Below, piece after piece: positions 60,759 to 64,000 of a DNA stretch of 64,000 nucleotides. Made by a program: the position numbers and the translations under genes. The notes under the pieces are model-generated. The model had not been told where the DNA came from. It made no database searches and saw only the letters and a program-made list of their open reading frames with translations. Source of the stretch: Candidatus Latescibacterota bacterium (lineage in GTDB: Bacteria; Latescibacterota; UBA2968; UBA8231). The number at the start of each line of letters is the position of its first letter. Positions within the stretch are counted from its first letter, which is position 1. Where the stretch lies: the NCBI GenBank assembly GCA_965208105.1, contig OZ242318.1, positions 1,376,001-1,440,000 on the forward strand, read 5' to 3'.

Positions 60759-61718
60759 ATGGTCGTCGGATTCCTGCTGGGCGCGTATTCCATCGTCGGC
60801 AACGACGCCATCCAGACCCTGGGGACCTTTCTCAGCTCCAACTCCCATCGTCCGTGGTGGGTGCTCTGGCTCTTCGGCGGGGGAGTCATCACGGCGGTCA
60901 TGGTGTACGGGTGGACGGTCCACTCCGGCGACGTCTCCTACGGCCGGCTGCAGGCCATCCAGGTGCCGGAGCACTTCACCTGGATCTACTGCGTTCCCCC
61001 CTTCGTCCTGCTCCTGCTGACGCGCTGGGGGATCCCGGTGAGCACCACCTTCCTCACCCTGACGATCTTCGCCACCAAGGCGCTGCCGAGCATGCTGGTC
61101 AAGTCGCTGCTTGGATACGCCACCGCCTTCGTGGTCGCCATCATCGTCTACAAGCTGGTCACCCGCAGTCTCGAGCACCGCTTCAACCGCACCGATGGCC
61201 CCATCGGCGGCTGGTGGGTGGTTGCCCAGTGGTGCTCCACCGGCTTCCTCTGGAGCCAGTGGCTGATCCAGGACCTGGCCAACATCTACGTCTTCCTGCC
61301 GCGCGACCCGGTCACCCGCACGCCGGACCTGGCAGTGGGTTGGTTCGCGGCCAGCATCGTCGTCATCCTGGCCATTCTCGCCTACATCTTCTACACCCAC
61401 GGCGGCGCAATTCAAAAGGTGGTGCTGACCAAGACCAACACCACCGACATCCGCTCGGCGACCTTCGTCGACCTCATCTACGGCGTCGTGCTGTTCCTGT
61501 TCAAGGAGGTCAGCAACCTCCCGATGAGCACCACCTGGGTCTTCGTCGGCCTTCTGGCAGGACGAGAGATCGCCATCTCATGGAACGAGAGGCACCGCGG
61601 CAACCGGGATGTGTCGCGGCTGGTGCTCTCCGATCTGGCCAAGATATTCGCCGGTCTCTCGGTGAGCGTCGCCCTCGCCCTGCTGCTGCCCTGGGTGCAG
61701 AAGCTAATCGGGATCTAA
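60759..61718 (+). CDS. Multi-pass membrane protein, PiT/PHO4 phosphate-transporter-like
   Basis: VGNDAIQ, GIPVSTTF, QDLANI, LPMSTTW: duplicated ND/PxSTT signature. Confidence 0.7.
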   Translation: MVVGFLLGAYSIVGNDAIQTLGTFLSSNSHRPWWVLWLFGGGVITAVMVYGWTVHSGDVSYGRLQAIQVPEHFTWIYCVPPFVLLLLTRWGIPVSTTFLTLTIFATKALPSMLVKSLLGYATAFVVAIIVYKLVTRSLEHRFNRTDGPIGGWWVVAQWCSTGFLWSQWLIQDLANIYVFLPRDPVTRTPDLAVGWFAASIVVILAILAYIFYTHGGAIQKVVLTKTNTTDIRSATFVDLIYGVVLFLFKEVSNLPMSTTWVFVGLLAGREIAISWNERHRGNRDVSRLVLSDLAKIFAGLSVSVALALLLPWVQKLIGI

Positions 61719-61813
61719 GGAAAGGACCGTCAGGGAGACGGGAATTCAGGCCGACGCAGAATGCGGACCCACAGGTCTAGGTACGGACGGCGTCGGCACA
61801 AAGTCGGCACTGA

Positions 61814-62302
61814 ATGCCAGGGAATAGTGCCGCAGTCCCTTGTCCTTGCGCCCTCCTGCCCCGAGCCCGACTGCTGAGATTCCGTCCCGCGCCATTACGA
61901 AGGATAAAACAAGCTCTATTTCGCCTGACAGATGGCGACTTCCAGAGGGCTTATCTGGATTTAGGTGGAATAGACTTCAACGAAGGCAGGTTGCAAGACG
62001 CTCAAATCAGCTACGAGGAAGCCGCAAGGCTGTATCCGGATGGCGGTCCGTACGGCCACGTGGCCTACTTTTGGCTCGCTTCTGTGCAGTTCATGCAGGG
62101 GAATGTAGAGGACAGTCTGGCAAATTTTCGGCGATCAGCACAAGCGTGGGCCGGTTTTAGACCCGCTTGGCAGGCTCTTGAGAAGGTTCGTCAATTGAAC
62201 CAGTTTTCCGAAGGCAGGGCGGACGAGGAAAAAATCCTAGAAATAGCCCACGCCATCAACGAGGACTTCAATTCCTTCGGTTCCTTTGGGGCCAGTCAGT
62301 GA
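61814..62302 (+). CDS. TPR-like protein, possibly a truncated remnant
   Basis: AYLDLG...G.L.DA..SYEEA...YP and AYFWLA..F.QG TPR-like helices. Lower GC; the N-terminus is unconvincing. Confidence 0.45.
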   Translation: MPGNSAAVPCPCALLPRARLLRFRPAPLRRIKQALFRLTDGDFQRAYLDLGGIDFNEGRLQDAQISYEEAARLYPDGGPYGHVAYFWLASVQFMQGNVEDSLANFRRSAQAWAGFRPAWQALEKVRQLNQFSEGRADEEKILEIAHAINEDFNSFGSFGASQ

Positions 62303-62339
62303 GTCATCACTACCATCATTACCATCCGACAATCGAACC

Positions 62340-62930
62340 ATGAAGCTGGAATTTGTGCCTTGTTTGCTGATAGTGTTCGCCAACTTCGCCAGTGCGCAGG
62401 CCTTCCAAGACTGGAGTCCCCATCTGTCACTCGGCAGCTTCAAGTTTACCGGGAGCGGCCCACCCGGTACTCAAAGAGATCTGATTACTCAACCTGCCAT
62501 CATGGCAGAGTTCCACTTTGAAAAAAGAGACGCGGAGCGTTCCATACCTGCCGTGGAGGCTGGCTTTGTCAATTTGAAAACTAACCTCTCGAAGTACGAT
62601 CACTGGAAACCATTCTACTATGGATACAGGCATGTATTTAAAAGCCAATTGATCGGACCGCTCGAGACGTTGGCCTATATCAGTCTGGGGGCAGCTCAAA
62701 CCAAGTACGTTCCCGGCGAATCGACGACGGCGGACGATCATCGACAAAATTTTATCGATGCCTACTACCACTATATCGCCATGCGACCGTACGCCGTTGC
62801 CGGAATAGGGGTGGGTATAAATCTCTGGTTCGGCGTCACAGTTCGCGCTGGTCTGTCGCAGAGATTATACCACATCGGAGGGAGATATCGCCTGAGCAAT
62901 GCTACAGTAGTAAGCATTGGCTTAAGGTAA
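62340..62930 (+). CDS. Hypothetical exported protein (small beta-barrel-like)
   Basis: Signal peptide MKLEFVPCLLIVFANFASA and alternating-pattern strands; atypical low GC. Confidence 0.55.
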   Translation: MKLEFVPCLLIVFANFASAQAFQDWSPHLSLGSFKFTGSGPPGTQRDLITQPAIMAEFHFEKRDAERSIPAVEAGFVNLKTNLSKYDHWKPFYYGYRHVFKSQLIGPLETLAYISLGAAQTKYVPGESTTADDHRQNFIDAYYHYIAMRPYAVAGIGVGINLWFGVTVRAGLSQRLYHIGGRYRLSNATVVSIGLR

Positions 62931-63190
62931 CTTACAGCTAACCAGGCACCGTTCTCCTCGACCTTCTCTTTCTGTTTCGTTTCAATCCCAAATTCCATCC
63001 ACAATTCCTCATGTCAATTCCTCTTTTTCATCTTGGCGCTGGAGCCAACTGACCTGCCCCCAAGAGCGGGGAACGGACCTTCTACTCCCGGCGCGGGAAT
63101 GATTTGTCACCGCTCATTGTTCCCGCTGCCCCCGCTCTAAGGTGCTCTCCTGCATCACTGTAAGAATATCCATTTTGGAACACAGCGCCA

Positions 63191-64000
63191 TTACAAAGCG
63201 GGCTTGTCCCACACCCCCACCATGTCCGCCTGCGGAAAATCGGCATGCTCCACCCTCAGGGTATCGGTACCGGCAGGAGTGGATCCAACCACGTCGCCGA
63301 TCAGAAGCTCGGTCTCCTGGGATGTCATCACCGGGAAGCGGTAATGCCCGTTCATGTGCCTTAACGGCTTCTGCCGCCGGGTGCGCTCTGCGGCAAACTG
63401 CAAATGCCTGGCGAGCCGCTCGCGGGTGTAGCGATTGGCGAACTCCGGGGCCGCGGCAAGCATATTCCATCCAACACCTGCAAAGAAGCTGTCCACCTCC
63501 ATACCCACGGAGCTGCGACCGGAGGCCAGAGCGGCAGCCAGGGTGGTTCCAGTGCCCGCGAACGGGTCCAGAACCAGGTCTTTCCTGATCGAGAACATGG
63601 AGATGAGGCGATAGGCGAGCTCGAAGGGAAAGGCGGCGCTGCGGTCTCGTGCCTCCTTGGTGACGAGGGTCTGCGGCGTGCCCTTGATATCGTACCAGAC
63701 ATCGGAGAACCAGGTATTCCTCTCTTCCCAGAAAAATGCGCTTTGACGGCGTAGTCTCCTCTCTTCCTCGCCTTCGAATCGGCGCCGGATGCCCTTGCGA
63801 AGCACGAGAATGTACTCGTGCTCGTAGGTCACGTAGGCTCCTCCGGGCAGCATGCCCGAGCCCATGAACTTGTTCGGCGCGTTGGTCTGCTTGCGCCAGA
63901 GAATATCCGGCAGTGCCGCATACCCCCGGTCCAGGAATGCCTTCAGCACCCGCCAGTGGTTCGAGTAGAGGCGGAAATCGCCGTTCAGCGTCCGGGTCGC
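63191..64000 (-). CDS. Beta-class N4-cytosine DNA methyltransferase, M.MthZI/M.MjaI-like; 5' part lies beyond the window
   Basis: ATR...LYSNH, WRKQTNAPNKFMGSGMLP..AYVTYEHEYIL, SAFFWEERN.WFSDVW, AAFPFELAYRLI, DPFAGTGTT. The frame is open to 64000. Confidence 0.85.
   Translation of the reverse strand, partial: ATRTLNGDFRLYSNHWRVLKAFLDRGYAALPDILWRKQTNAPNKFMGSGMLPGGAYVTYEHEYILVLRKGIRRRFEGEEERRLRRQSAFFWEERNTWFSDVWYDIKGTPQTLVTKEARDRSAAFPFELAYRLISMFSIRKDLVLDPFAGTGTTLAAALASGRSSVGMEVDSFFAGVGWNMLAAAPEFANRYTRERLARHLQFAAERTRRQKPLRHMNGHYRFPVMTSQETELLIGDVVGSTPAGTDTLRVEHADFPQADMVGVWDKPAL

Overview
This is a GC-rich bacterial chromosomal window of about 48 CDS. I recognised no rRNA, tRNA or CRISPR array. 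The PorU/PorV genes and FlgD-Ig/T9SS-type C-terminal domains suggest a diderm of the FCB group outside Bacteroidota, possibly Latescibacterota-like; this is an inference. Housekeeping content: larB, mobA, cyoE, ligA, argR-argB-argD-argH with tandem ARG boxes, tilS-ftsH-folP-cdaA, lexA, a glycerate kinase, era, purD, folB-folK and rpmB. Notable content: (1) an operon pairing a TGT with a divergent base pocket and an ArmA/Rmt-family N7-guanine methyltransferase; (2) a 14-kb T9SS-like cluster whose PorU has Ser at the catalytic Cys position and whose M6-protease-like cargo has lost HExxH; (3) a 1774-aa lipoprotein built from about 7 near-identical 609-bp FN3-pair repeats; (4) three ~165-bp MITE-like elements that each start at a gene's TAG stop and share an oriented core; (5) an MthZI/MjaI-like DNA methyltransferase (probably CTAG) beside a low-GC patch; (6) a sulfatase-fold protein with a Thr nucleophile; (7) an argH that seems to need a non-canonical start codon. 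All family calls come from motif recognition by eye; no database search was run.
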